This document shows, one piece after another, positions 9,167 to 18,565 of a stretch of DNA of 64,000 bases (its first letter is position 1; each line of letters starts with the position of its first letter). The DNA is from a virus. The position numbers and the translations under genes were made by a program. Under the pieces are notes generated by a model. It was given only the letters and a program-made list of their open reading frames with translations. It searched no databases and was not told the DNA's origin. Location: the IMG/VR virus record IMGVR_UViG_3300029908_000019, positions 5,585 to 69,584 of that record; one strand, written 5' to 3'.

Positions 9167-10370
9167 TGAAAACCTTTGTAGAAGATTTCGCAAATAGACA
9201 ACCATATGACTATTTTCCAGATAATTATAACATATGGCATATTGGGTTTGAAAATACAATAGAAAAAGGAATTAAATATCTTTTACAACATCTAGATAAG
9301 AAAGGTCATATTATTGTAGGAGATCCTGAACTTATTTCTCAGGTTTGGTGTACAGATGTTGACAATATTCCAGAAATAGATTACATTATTTTATTTCAAT
9401 CCCTACCAAAATTAGAATATTTAGAATACAAATATCAGGAAGAAAAATGATACCATCCATGACAATAGCACCAGATGGCACTCTTGTAGGTCCTTCTCGA
9501 AGAGAAGTACTTAGTAGCAAGGGTATTTGCTACACATGTCAAATGAAGCATTTACCGTATTGTAATGATGAATATGTTGGATGTCGGATTTGCACATGTG
9601 GTAAAGAATGGCATCCGATGGATGGTCCTTGTAGGATAGGTCCAGAAACAGAATTTATAACTATGAATTGTTACTGTAAGGGTTATATACCATTAGATAA
9701 TATTCAATATCTAGAATGGATGGTAGATAAGAATGTCTGAGATTCCTTGCTTTTGTAATCATTTAGACAGAGATCATTATAAAATTGTTGGAGCCCCAAG
9801 ATGGTGCGAGCAGTGTTTTTATAGATATGGTCAAAATGCAACATGGCAGCATGAATATAAACAAGATAATTTGAAATGGTTAGAGCAACAGGTAGATAAG
9901 AATGTTTAAATGTTCCTGTAGTCATAAAATAACAGCGCATGTTCAAAGTGAATGCAAATGTCCAACTTGTGTCAAAGTACGCTTTGACTGTTGGGAGTGT
10001 TCTTGTATGCTTTATGATGGTCCTTATAATAATATAGAGTATTTAGAACAGCAAGCAGATAAGGTAGATAACAATCCTAGTAGATAATAAAAGTATAATA
10101 AAAAACAATAGTATTAGGAGTTCTACGTTCTAATTATAATTTGATATGAAAAAGAAAAAGAGTATAGCTGAAAAAATAGGCAGAGAACTTCTGTGTTGGG
10201 GTAAAACAGCTTGTATCTGTTTTCATTCTGAAGATGCCCATATATGTTCCGGTTGTGATGGATTAGCAGGTCCTAATTTGGATATTGATTGCCAATGTAC
10301 TGAGTACCATCCCAAAGATAATTTATTATTTTTGGAGTCTAAATTTACGAGGTCTAGACGTGGACGATAA
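9166..10370 (+). CDS. Five DNLEYLE-tag family genes (9166-9450, 9447-9740, 9733-9909, 9902-10087, 10146-10370)
   Basis: C-termini PKLEYLEYKY, LDNIQYLEWM, QDNLKWLEQQ, YNNIEYLEQQ, KDNLLFLES. Confidence 0.75.
10062..10127 (+). promoter_or_regulatory. Conserved ~60-bp element, copy 1 (putative late promoter)
   Basis: 60 nt identical to 31848-31907; contains TATAAT and ends AATAGTATTAGGAGT. Confidence 0.6.
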
Positions 10371-10546
10371 AGAAATCAAAATAAGAAAGAAATGGCCCAG
10401 TGATATGGACCCAGATTCCAAAATTCACAAAGTTAAAACTGATTATTCTCGTAAGGATAATAAGAGAGCTATTCAAGACGCTCTTGAAGAGATGGAAGAA
10501 GATTTTGAGTAACAAATTTAATTAAGATACCCCAAGGAGATACACT

Positions 10547-13006
10547 ATGAGTTTTTTAGATGACATGCTAAACCCCAAGATTAAAAAAGAAGCTATGGAT
10601 TCAGTTGGGAAAGATGCTAAAGAAACATTTGAACGCAAAGTGATTGCTCATGATTGGATCAAAAGCATTTCCGAATTAGACCCGGTTGCGATTGAAACTG
10701 AGTATCAGGAAAAGCTTGCTGCAGAAGCAAAGCTGCTTGGTAAAGAAGCTGTTCTTCTTCCCTACGATGAATTTGCAGCCATATTGCTTCACGATTATAA
10801 AATCAATCCCGCTGATGTGGGTATAGATAGTCCAGCTGATATGCCTTTGGATGAAACTCCTATGGAATTAGTAGATCGTCTAGCTGAGAAGTATGGGCTG
10901 GATAAGATTGCTAAGAAAGCTGCCTATGAGGAACATGAAACTCCCAAAGAAACAGTTAAGAAAGATTGGGAGAGGGATGTTAAAATCCTCTCAGACTTTG
11001 CTCTCGCTGAAATGCTTGCAGAAGCACGAGGCCATAAGGCTCAGAATACAAGTGAAATGTTTTATGAATTGAAAGAGAAGGCAAAAGCAGAAGTTGCTTC
11101 TTCACGAGAGAAGGCAGAGAAAGCTTTGCTAGACACTATCCCTGAGAATACTCAATTAGATTGGAAGAAAGCATTTGAACGTTTCTCCAAAGAAGCCACT
11201 CCAGAGCAACCTAAAGAGAAAGATCTATATCAACCAATAGTTCCAGAGAAAGAAGTTAAATTTGATGCTCCTTCTGAAAGTAAGATTAAGATGCCTACTA
11301 AAGAAGAAATGATTCCAGCAGGTAATGGCCGTGAAGAGGATGAACGTAAGGAAGTAACGAAAGAGGTTGTTCCAGCTATTAAAGAAGCTTCCCAGAAAGT
11401 AGCAGACAAAGTAACAGATTCCCCTGCAGATGATAAAGGAAATCTCGCTATGCCAGAAGGTAAGAAATCCGCTGGTGATAAGCCAGTTGAATCAGTTGAA
11501 GAGTCTACTCTTCTTTCATCTCCTAAAGAAATTGGGGATAAAGATGATCAAGCTATGGAAGGTAATTCTCCAGAGAAAGGGGATAAGGCTAAAGATATTG
11601 AATCAGTTAATAAAGAAGCTGCTGTAACTCCATCAGGACTTAAGGATAAATTAGTGGAGATGGGTTATTCAGAAGATTCAGCTAATGCAATTGCAAGCCA
11701 ATGGCAATCAGGTAATAGAATTGGTACTGAGCCAAAGACAAAGCAAGATGTCGAGAAAGCTCTTGCAGAACTATCTAAGACAGCAGAAGCATATCGGCCT
11801 AAAACTGGTGAGCCTTGTTCTTGTAAGCCAGGTATGGCACGTGATAATTGTCCTGCATGTGAAGGTACTGGGCAGAAGGTAGACTTTAAAAAAATTCGTG
11901 AAATGCCTCTTGAGGAAAAGAAAGCTGATGGTCCTAGTGCTACTGATAATTGCCCAGTTTGTGGATCTGAGGGTCAAGATCTATTCAATGGAGAAAAAGA
12001 TCATCTAGCATGTCAAGCTTGTGGAATTACTTATGGAGAAGCAGAACCACAGATTAAAGCACAAGCATCTAAAGCAGATGTCCTAAAGATTATGAAGAAA
12101 GCAGAAGTAGAATCCCCTTGGAAAGTTATTAAAGATGAAGCGGGAAATGAAGTAATTGCACGAGTTGGTATTGCAGATAAAAATATTAAAGAGAGCGAAG
12201 AAGAGAATAAAGATTTAGTTAAGTCTGCTTCTCTTAAAACAGTCGCTGATCATACTCATGCACCTGCACCTAAAGATGAAAAGCTTCCTGTCGAAAAAGA
12301 GATTGAGGATGAAGAAAAACCTGAAGAAAAGCCAGAAGCTAAACCCGCAGCAGCTGCTCCTGCTCCTGCTTTAGCTCCTGTTGCTCCCGTTACTCCCGCT
12401 GTTGCCGTTCCAGCTGCCCCTTCAGCATCTGCTTCAACTGGTGGAGATACAACCTCTCCTACGAGAACTAATACAGAAACTGGTGGATCAAGTCCAGGTG
12501 GAGCTTCAACTGGTGGCGTTGGTAGTGGAATTGGTGGAGCTGGTACTGGTGGTGCTGCAACTGGTGGGGCATCAACTGGTGGTGCAGGTACAGTAACAGT
12601 TAACGTTTCTGGTGGTAGTGGAACTAATGAAGATGGTGGCAAATCTGCCCCAGTCACTATTAATATAAGTAACGTTGGTGGAAATACAGACGCAGGTAAT
12701 GTTGCTAGTGGTGATGGACCCGGTAGTTCTGGCACAGGTGGTACAGGGGATGGATCTGGTGGCGGTGGCGGTGGTGCAGCTCCTGATGAACCAAGAAATT
12801 TTAGTACCTCTAGTAAAGATGAGAAGAAAGATGAATCCGATCCCTCTATGTTTTCAAAGGATATTTCTGAAGCAGGGGATACAGATTCTGCTGTAAAACC
12901 AGAAGAAAAACCAGAAGAAAAACCAGAAGAAAAACCAGAAGAAAAAGAATCTATTCTAAAACCACTTAATTCTGCAGCTGCTTGGATAAGAGATTTACTA
13001 CAGTAA
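10547..13006 (+). CDS. Large acidic K-x-A-punctuated protein (putative internal head/scaffold-like protein)
   Basis: 819 aa; KKEA, KKAA, SKEA, NKEAA, SKTA, KKAD and KSAS motifs, zinc ribbons, Gly-rich and KPEE tracts; one segment is similar to the protease-scaffold. Confidence 0.6.
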   Translation: MSFLDDMLNPKIKKEAMDSVGKDAKETFERKVIAHDWIKSISELDPVAIETEYQEKLAAEAKLLGKEAVLLPYDEFAAILLHDYKINPADVGIDSPADMPLDETPMELVDRLAEKYGLDKIAKKAAYEEHETPKETVKKDWERDVKILSDFALAEMLAEARGHKAQNTSEMFYELKEKAKAEVASSREKAEKALLDTIPENTQLDWKKAFERFSKEATPEQPKEKDLYQPIVPEKEVKFDAPSESKIKMPTKEEMIPAGNGREEDERKEVTKEVVPAIKEASQKVADKVTDSPADDKGNLAMPEGKKSAGDKPVESVEESTLLSSPKEIGDKDDQAMEGNSPEKGDKAKDIESVNKEAAVTPSGLKDKLVEMGYSEDSANAIASQWQSGNRIGTEPKTKQDVEKALAELSKTAEAYRPKTGEPCSCKPGMARDNCPACEGTGQKVDFKKIREMPLEEKKADGPSATDNCPVCGSEGQDLFNGEKDHLACQACGITYGEAEPQIKAQASKADVLKIMKKAEVESPWKVIKDEAGNEVIARVGIADKNIKESEEENKDLVKSASLKTVADHTHAPAPKDEKLPVEKEIEDEEKPEEKPEAKPAAAAPAPALAPVAPVTPAVAVPAAPSASASTGGDTTSPTRTNTETGGSSPGGASTGGVGSGIGGAGTGGAATGGASTGGAGTVTVNVSGGSGTNEDGGKSAPVTINISNVGGNTDAGNVASGDGPGSSGTGGTGDGSGGGGGGAAPDEPRNFSTSSKDEKKDESDPSMFSKDISEAGDTDSAVKPEEKPEEKPEEKPEEKESILKPLNSAAAWIRDLLQ
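12895..12945 (+). repeat. 12-nt tandem repeat encoding KPEE x4
   Basis: AAACCAGAAGAA repeated in frame. Confidence 0.85.
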
Positions 13007-13442
13007 TCGATAAGACTGTTGTTAGGAAGAGCATCCCCATGGAGGTTCCTGCAATGGCTTTTAAAGATAAAAATAAAGTTTTAGTTACACCAGGTGATAT
13101 TGTAAAAAAAGGTACTTCTAAGTATGAAGTAAAGTTTATTGAGTCTTACCCCACTGCTACAGTGGTTATTGCTGAGAATATAAAAACACATAAAGTTGAA
13201 ACCTTTCTCTTAAAAGACGTGGAGAAGATATAAATATGCAAGACCGTACTGGATATAAACTCAATATCGGAACGATTGTCAGGGTATTCAATGAACCGAG
13301 TATCCCTGATTCCGATACTTGGGTTTTTCACGATTTTATAGAGATGGGTGTACATACATATTATTTCTTCAGAAACTGTTTTACTAATGAAATTCGAATT
13401 TTTGACCCAAAGAATATAGAAAGAATTTAAAAGGATAATAAC

Positions 13443-15275
13443 ATGCTAGAACGATTTGCAGGGCTTCGCTCACAAATAACTCTTCTAAAAGAGAAGCTAA
13501 AGAAGCATAATCCTACTAAGAATCCAAAGGTCTATAAAGAGATCTTGGATGCTTTGGAAGCTGCTGAGAAACGTTATAGTGCTGAAAAAGCAAAGCGTTT
13601 AGAGAAGCAGAAGGCCAAGGAAGAAGTAGCAAAAGAAGCTGCTCCTAAAGTGGAAGATGGTACTGTCTCCATGCCTAAGAAAGAATTTGTGGATGAACAT
13701 GAGAAGCTTGTGAAAGAGCTTGAGCCCATGGTGGAAGAGCACAAAGAACAAGGTGCTGAGCTTAAAGAAGTTAAAGAATCTGCTGCTCATACTTGTCATT
13801 GGTGTGGGGGAGTAGAATTCCCTACCCAGCAAGCCTATCAAAACCATGTTAAAGAAATGCACCCAGGTAAACAACCAATTCTTCCCCCAGAGAAACCTCC
13901 TGTTAATGAATATAAACCAATGGACTATCAGCACAAGAAAGATATTGTTAAAGATGTAGAACATAAACTTGGCCCAGCTATTATTAGTGAGAAAGAAGAT
14001 AGTGCCGAATTGCATAAAACGGGTCTGCATATTGATGACATAGTAGAACCAGTACGTGGGACAAAAGGTTCAGTAGGTATTGTATTGCGTGAACCCAATG
14101 TTAATGGAGATCCCCTTGTCTATATTAAATGGATTGAGGGACCAAAATTACAGGATGAAATAGGGGGCTACTATCCTTCTGATGTCCGTAGAATTGAAGC
14201 ACCAGTTGAGGAGAAAGTAGCAGAAGGAAATCCTCCACCTCCAGATACAAGTGTTATTCCTGAAACAGATCATTGTGCAAAATGTGCAGATCATCAATCT
14301 AAAGAAGCGGATTTGAAATCTAATTATGATGCATTGCTTAAAGATTTGAAAGATGAGCGAGAAGCACATTACAACCAGGGGAATCATCCATGGGTAGCAA
14401 GGCTTGACCAGAAGATTAAAGAACTTGAAGAAAAGATTCAAGAGAAATTTGGTAATGAGAAAACCTCTTCTGCAGCATGTGATATGTGCAAAGGTCCAGT
14501 TTGTGAACGATGCAAACAATGCCATAAGTGTGTTCAGATAAATGGATCAATGAAGAAAGAGTGTGGGGCTCAGAATGCAGAACAGCTCACAATTTTAGAT
14601 CATTTGCCTCCCAGAGCGAATAAGACTATGGATGAAGGTGGAAAAGATGGAGTGGATGAATTTCAGGACCTTTGGGCAGGACCAGCTGGGACAGAGAAGG
14701 AATCATCTCTAAAAATTAATGTTTTCAACAAACAATGGTCTGCAACTCCTGTATCTAAAGAGGGAAAGCTAGGCTATGATATTAGTGATGAGAGTGGTAA
14801 GAAAGTGCTTCATTTATCACCTCTTAATGGTAAAGAGATGAATGCAGAACATCTCAAATGGGCAGCAGAACGAGAAATCACAAAGGGCTACAAGAAAGCC
14901 ACTCTAACTGAGGATGTCGCTTTCATGAAGAAAGGCTCCAAGGTATGGGTTATTTCAAATGATGGCAAGAAGATCAAATTTGCCAATCTAGAGGCTGGTA
15001 TTAGAGGATATGTAGCAAGCTCCAAGATTCAATTAGAGGCCCTAGAATCGCAAGCAGTACAGTTTAATGGGCAATCCTGTAAGGTTTTAGGACAAACTGC
15101 TACTGAGACTTTAATAGATAGTCCAACAGAAGGCCCAGTGTGGGTTAGTTCTAGTGAATTGTTATCTACTAATCAACCTGTTTCTACTCCAGAAGCTTAT
15201 CCCATTGAAGATCAAGATATTGAGTCTTCTAAGGTATTTTTACTTTCAAAATCTGCAGGAGAGATTGTAAAATGA
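13443..15275 (+). CDS. Large modular K-x-A-punctuated protein
   Basis: 610 aa; C2H2 finger, SH3-like module, KEAA/KESA/KEAD/KKAT junctions. Confidence 0.6.
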   Translation: MLERFAGLRSQITLLKEKLKKHNPTKNPKVYKEILDALEAAEKRYSAEKAKRLEKQKAKEEVAKEAAPKVEDGTVSMPKKEFVDEHEKLVKELEPMVEEHKEQGAELKEVKESAAHTCHWCGGVEFPTQQAYQNHVKEMHPGKQPILPPEKPPVNEYKPMDYQHKKDIVKDVEHKLGPAIISEKEDSAELHKTGLHIDDIVEPVRGTKGSVGIVLREPNVNGDPLVYIKWIEGPKLQDEIGGYYPSDVRRIEAPVEEKVAEGNPPPPDTSVIPETDHCAKCADHQSKEADLKSNYDALLKDLKDEREAHYNQGNHPWVARLDQKIKELEEKIQEKFGNEKTSSAACDMCKGPVCERCKQCHKCVQINGSMKKECGAQNAEQLTILDHLPPRANKTMDEGGKDGVDEFQDLWAGPAGTEKESSLKINVFNKQWSATPVSKEGKLGYDISDESGKKVLHLSPLNGKEMNAEHLKWAAEREITKGYKKATLTEDVAFMKKGSKVWVISNDGKKIKFANLEAGIRGYVASSKIQLEALESQAVQFNGQSCKVLGQTATETLIDSPTEGPVWVSSSELLSTNQPVSTPEAYPIEDQDIESSKVFLLSKSAGEIVK

Positions 15276-16141
15276 AAGCAAAAGTAAAAACAGAAGAGAT
15301 TCTAAATAAAACTTTTAATTTCTTAAAAGTTACAGAATATGTTGGAAAGGATAAGTCAGGGCATCGTTGTTTTAAATGCCTATGTCTTAATTGTGGATCT
15401 TTTACAGAATTTAGAATTGATCATTTACTTGATGGTAGAAATAAATCTTGCGGCTGTATAAGAGCAAAAGGTCAATGGCAGAAAGAAAATCATACTACCC
15501 ATGGATTTCCAACAAATCCAGATAAGAATAAAAGGCTATTTTATAAGATTTGGCAAGGTATTAAGCAACGTTGCTATAATCCTAAAGCAACAGGATATAA
15601 ACATTATGGTGGAAAAAGCATTATAATGGCTCAAAGATGGTTGGAATCTTTTGAGAATTTTAGAGATGACTTATTTGAATCTTATTTGAAGCATGTCGAA
15701 GAGTTTGGTAGGGATAACACATCTTTGGATCGTATTAGTAATGACGGGAACTATGAACCTGGAAATGTTAGATGGGCTACTGAGTTAGAACAGAAAAGAA
15801 ATACAAGCATGTACCCAATATCTATTGATATCAATCAGCATAATCTTTGGAGAGATAAACTGCATCTAAGATTAAATACAGGAATAAAATATAATAGGAA
15901 TACAATTTTATTTTATGAGTCATTTGGTCTTCCTGTCTCCGAATTAAAAAATTATATTCAATCTTTATGGACTGAAGGCATGTCTTGGGATAACTATGGA
16001 AATGGTCTAGGCAAATGGAATTTTGATTGTAAGAAGTCTTGCCATACATTCGATTTATCAAAAGAAGCTGATAGAAAAGCTTGTTTTTACTATACAAATC
16101 TACAACCCCTATGGGTTTACGATAATAGCAGAAAGCACTGA
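15272..16141 (+). CDS. HNH-type homing endonuclease
   Basis: C.C..CG...KSCGC, IWQGIKQRCYNP, SLDRISNDGNYEPGNVRWAT; C-terminal MSWDNYG...YYTNLQPLW domain. Confidence 0.8.
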   Translation: MKAKVKTEEILNKTFNFLKVTEYVGKDKSGHRCFKCLCLNCGSFTEFRIDHLLDGRNKSCGCIRAKGQWQKENHTTHGFPTNPDKNKRLFYKIWQGIKQRCYNPKATGYKHYGGKSIIMAQRWLESFENFRDDLFESYLKHVEEFGRDNTSLDRISNDGNYEPGNVRWATELEQKRNTSMYPISIDINQHNLWRDKLHLRLNTGIKYNRNTILFYESFGLPVSELKNYIQSLWTEGMSWDNYGNGLGKWNFDCKKSCHTFDLSKEADRKACFYYTNLQPLWVYDNSRKH

Positions 16142-16150
16142 GGTTATTTT

Positions 16151-18403
16151 ATGAATTTAAAAATTGGTAGTAGAATTTATGATGAACAAACCAAATCTTT
16201 TGGAAAGGTTTCTTCTATTAATAAAGATTCTTTTATTGTAGAATGGGCTGACTGTAAGACAAAGCATCCTGTTACTACTATTTTAAAAGAGGCATCTAAA
16301 GATTGCCCAGATTGCCCTGGAACCTTTGTAGGTAAAGAGAATGAGACTTGTCCTACATGTGGTAGATTTAGTGTTAAAGAAGCTCTTAAGACAGCTCTCC
16401 CTTCAACAATTCCCAATCAACGAGGATACTTAGATAATCCACAGCCTGTTAAAGCTTCCTCTGATAGAACAGTTTATTGTGATGTTTGCGGAGAACCTTT
16501 GACAGATAACCCAGAAGATCATAAGCATTTAGATGTTTATGCTAAGACCAATAAGGATGCTGCTAAACATTGCGCTATTTGCGGTACAGAATATAATACT
16601 TTTCAAGAGTATCAGCAACATCAAAAAGAAAAACATGCACACCCTAAACCTGCAGTTTGCCCAGAATGTGGAAAGCATTGTGAAACAGTATCTGAAGTGG
16701 GAAGACATAGAGAGATAGAACATAAGGTAACAGCCTCTGTTGAAAAGAAAGCCGAGGTAATTGATGCTGAGGAATTAGATTTATATGCTAATAATACTAG
16801 TGAATTATATGGAGATAAACTGGAAATTATAGATACAATAAAGAAGATGCTTAAAAACAATACCTATGATAGACGTACAATGCTTTCTATGTGGGAAGAT
16901 TGGTTTGGCAAAGCTGCTCAAAGATATGCAAAAGAATTTTCGGGAAGTAATATTTCTCCAGAAGCCATCATGCAAGCTGCCAGAGAGATTGAACCGTATG
17001 AATTAGAACGAGTAAAGAGTGGGGAGTATGCTTCAGAAGTGGAACAAGATATTTCAAAACTTCCTGTAATGGATGTTGAACAGGCTAAAGATGACTTATT
17101 AAATCAATTAGCTAAAGAGACTGATCCAGAAAGGAAGAAATCTTTGGAGCAGAAATATAAACGATTGTCAATGGCTAGTTTGAATGTTACAGCACATATT
17201 CGACATGAAGATGGGAAATGGGTAATTTATTCTCATGATTATAAGAAGAAGCTTGGAACATATGATACGAAAGAATCAGCCACGAAAAGACTTCGTGAAA
17301 TTGAGTATTTTAAATCTCATAAAGGTTCAGTAAGACCTTTCAGTAAAAAGACTGCAGCTGAAGTAATGGTTGACCCGTATGCTAGTTTGACAAATCATAT
17401 AACTGAAATGAGACAGAGAATGTCTGATGTACAAACTCGATTAGAAACTACACCACTCCCTAAGCAAGCAGGAGTAGATGAAGAAGATTCTTCAGAATTA
17501 AGTACTGAGGAAGTTTTTTCTGATATCGCTATGGGATTAGATCTCCTCGAAGTAAAACTTAAAGATGAACCAGAATCAGAAGAGCTTCACAATAGCTTAG
17601 AGGAACTTGAGAATTTGTTATGGGAAACTGAGCAAAAGGCTGGTATTACTCCTAAACTTTCTGAAGAGGAACGTGAAGAGCCAGAGCATAAAGATATTGT
17701 AGAAGAAGTAGAAAAAGAATCCTCTGAGAAAGGTGGGAAACCTTCCAGTTTAGTTCATAAAGAAAATAAGGATGAACTTACTAGGGAAGAATTAGAAGAT
17801 GAATCAGTAGAAAAAGAAGCTTCTAGTACATTATGTAAAAATTGTAAGCATACTAAAACTTCTCATTGGGATGATAAAATCTGTTCTGCAAATAGGTGTA
17901 CTTGCAAAAAATATGAAAAAGAAGTAGAAAAAGAAGTAGAAAAAGAAGCAGCATTACCTACAGCAATTACTCCAACATTAAGCTCTCCAGCACCTGCAGC
18001 TAATGCAACTCCTGCAGTTACACCAGATGATAAGAAGACCTCTTGCGCTCTTTGTGGTGGTATGACCTTTAATAGTTTTGATGAATATCAGCAACATATG
18101 GAATATACTCATGCTGGTGATACAATGCCAACTACTCCTTCACAGAAGAAACTTCCCACTACTGCAGCACAACAAGTAACAGATGAAACAATTGAAGAAG
18201 GAACGGGTACACCTCCAGCAGCTCCTGTTGCCACACCTGCACCAGCTATTAAGAATGTTCAACCAACAGATGACGACAATTTGGAAGACCCAACAGTTAA
18301 ACCTTCCAGTCCTCCTGCCCCAGGACAAATTTGGCAATGGGATGCTGCGAATAAAAAATATGTCTCGATGCCCGACCCAGCTAATCCAGGGCACACCATC
18401 TAA
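16151..18403 (+). CDS. Large modular K-x-A-punctuated protein with multiple zinc fingers
   Basis: 750 aa; KEAS, KTAL, KKAE, KTAA, KQAG and KEAA junctions separate small modules such as HIRHEDGKWVIYS...LGTYDTKESA.KRLREIEYFK. Confidence 0.6.
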   Translation: MNLKIGSRIYDEQTKSFGKVSSINKDSFIVEWADCKTKHPVTTILKEASKDCPDCPGTFVGKENETCPTCGRFSVKEALKTALPSTIPNQRGYLDNPQPVKASSDRTVYCDVCGEPLTDNPEDHKHLDVYAKTNKDAAKHCAICGTEYNTFQEYQQHQKEKHAHPKPAVCPECGKHCETVSEVGRHREIEHKVTASVEKKAEVIDAEELDLYANNTSELYGDKLEIIDTIKKMLKNNTYDRRTMLSMWEDWFGKAAQRYAKEFSGSNISPEAIMQAAREIEPYELERVKSGEYASEVEQDISKLPVMDVEQAKDDLLNQLAKETDPERKKSLEQKYKRLSMASLNVTAHIRHEDGKWVIYSHDYKKKLGTYDTKESATKRLREIEYFKSHKGSVRPFSKKTAAEVMVDPYASLTNHITEMRQRMSDVQTRLETTPLPKQAGVDEEDSSELSTEEVFSDIAMGLDLLEVKLKDEPESEELHNSLEELENLLWETEQKAGITPKLSEEEREEPEHKDIVEEVEKESSEKGGKPSSLVHKENKDELTREELEDESVEKEASSTLCKNCKHTKTSHWDDKICSANRCTCKKYEKEVEKEVEKEAALPTAITPTLSSPAPAANATPAVTPDDKKTSCALCGGMTFNSFDEYQQHMEYTHAGDTMPTTPSQKKLPTTAAQQVTDETIEEGTGTPPAAPVATPAPAIKNVQPTDDDNLEDPTVKPSSPPAPGQIWQWDAANKKYVSMPDPANPGHTI

Positions 18404-18565
18404 TGCTATTCCTCTTAATTAATCTCATAGGCACCCAACCATATTGCACGATTGATTTGCAAACTAAACAGATTGAATGCAATTATGAAAGCTTAGATGT
18501 CTGTGAGGGATATAGAGCTTCAAATGAACGATGTATAGAAAATCCAAATTTTAAAAGGTAATATA

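Noticed and set aside
440-10370. Tag array as a CRISPR array, integron cassette array or DGR product
   Set aside because: The repeated unit varies at synonymous positions, has no fixed spacing or attC-like palindrome, and no TR/VR pair, reverse transcriptase, integrase or cas gene is present in the window
12430-12945. Gly-rich tract and KPEE repeat as non-coding repeat elements
   Set aside because: They are in-frame low-complexity protein sequence
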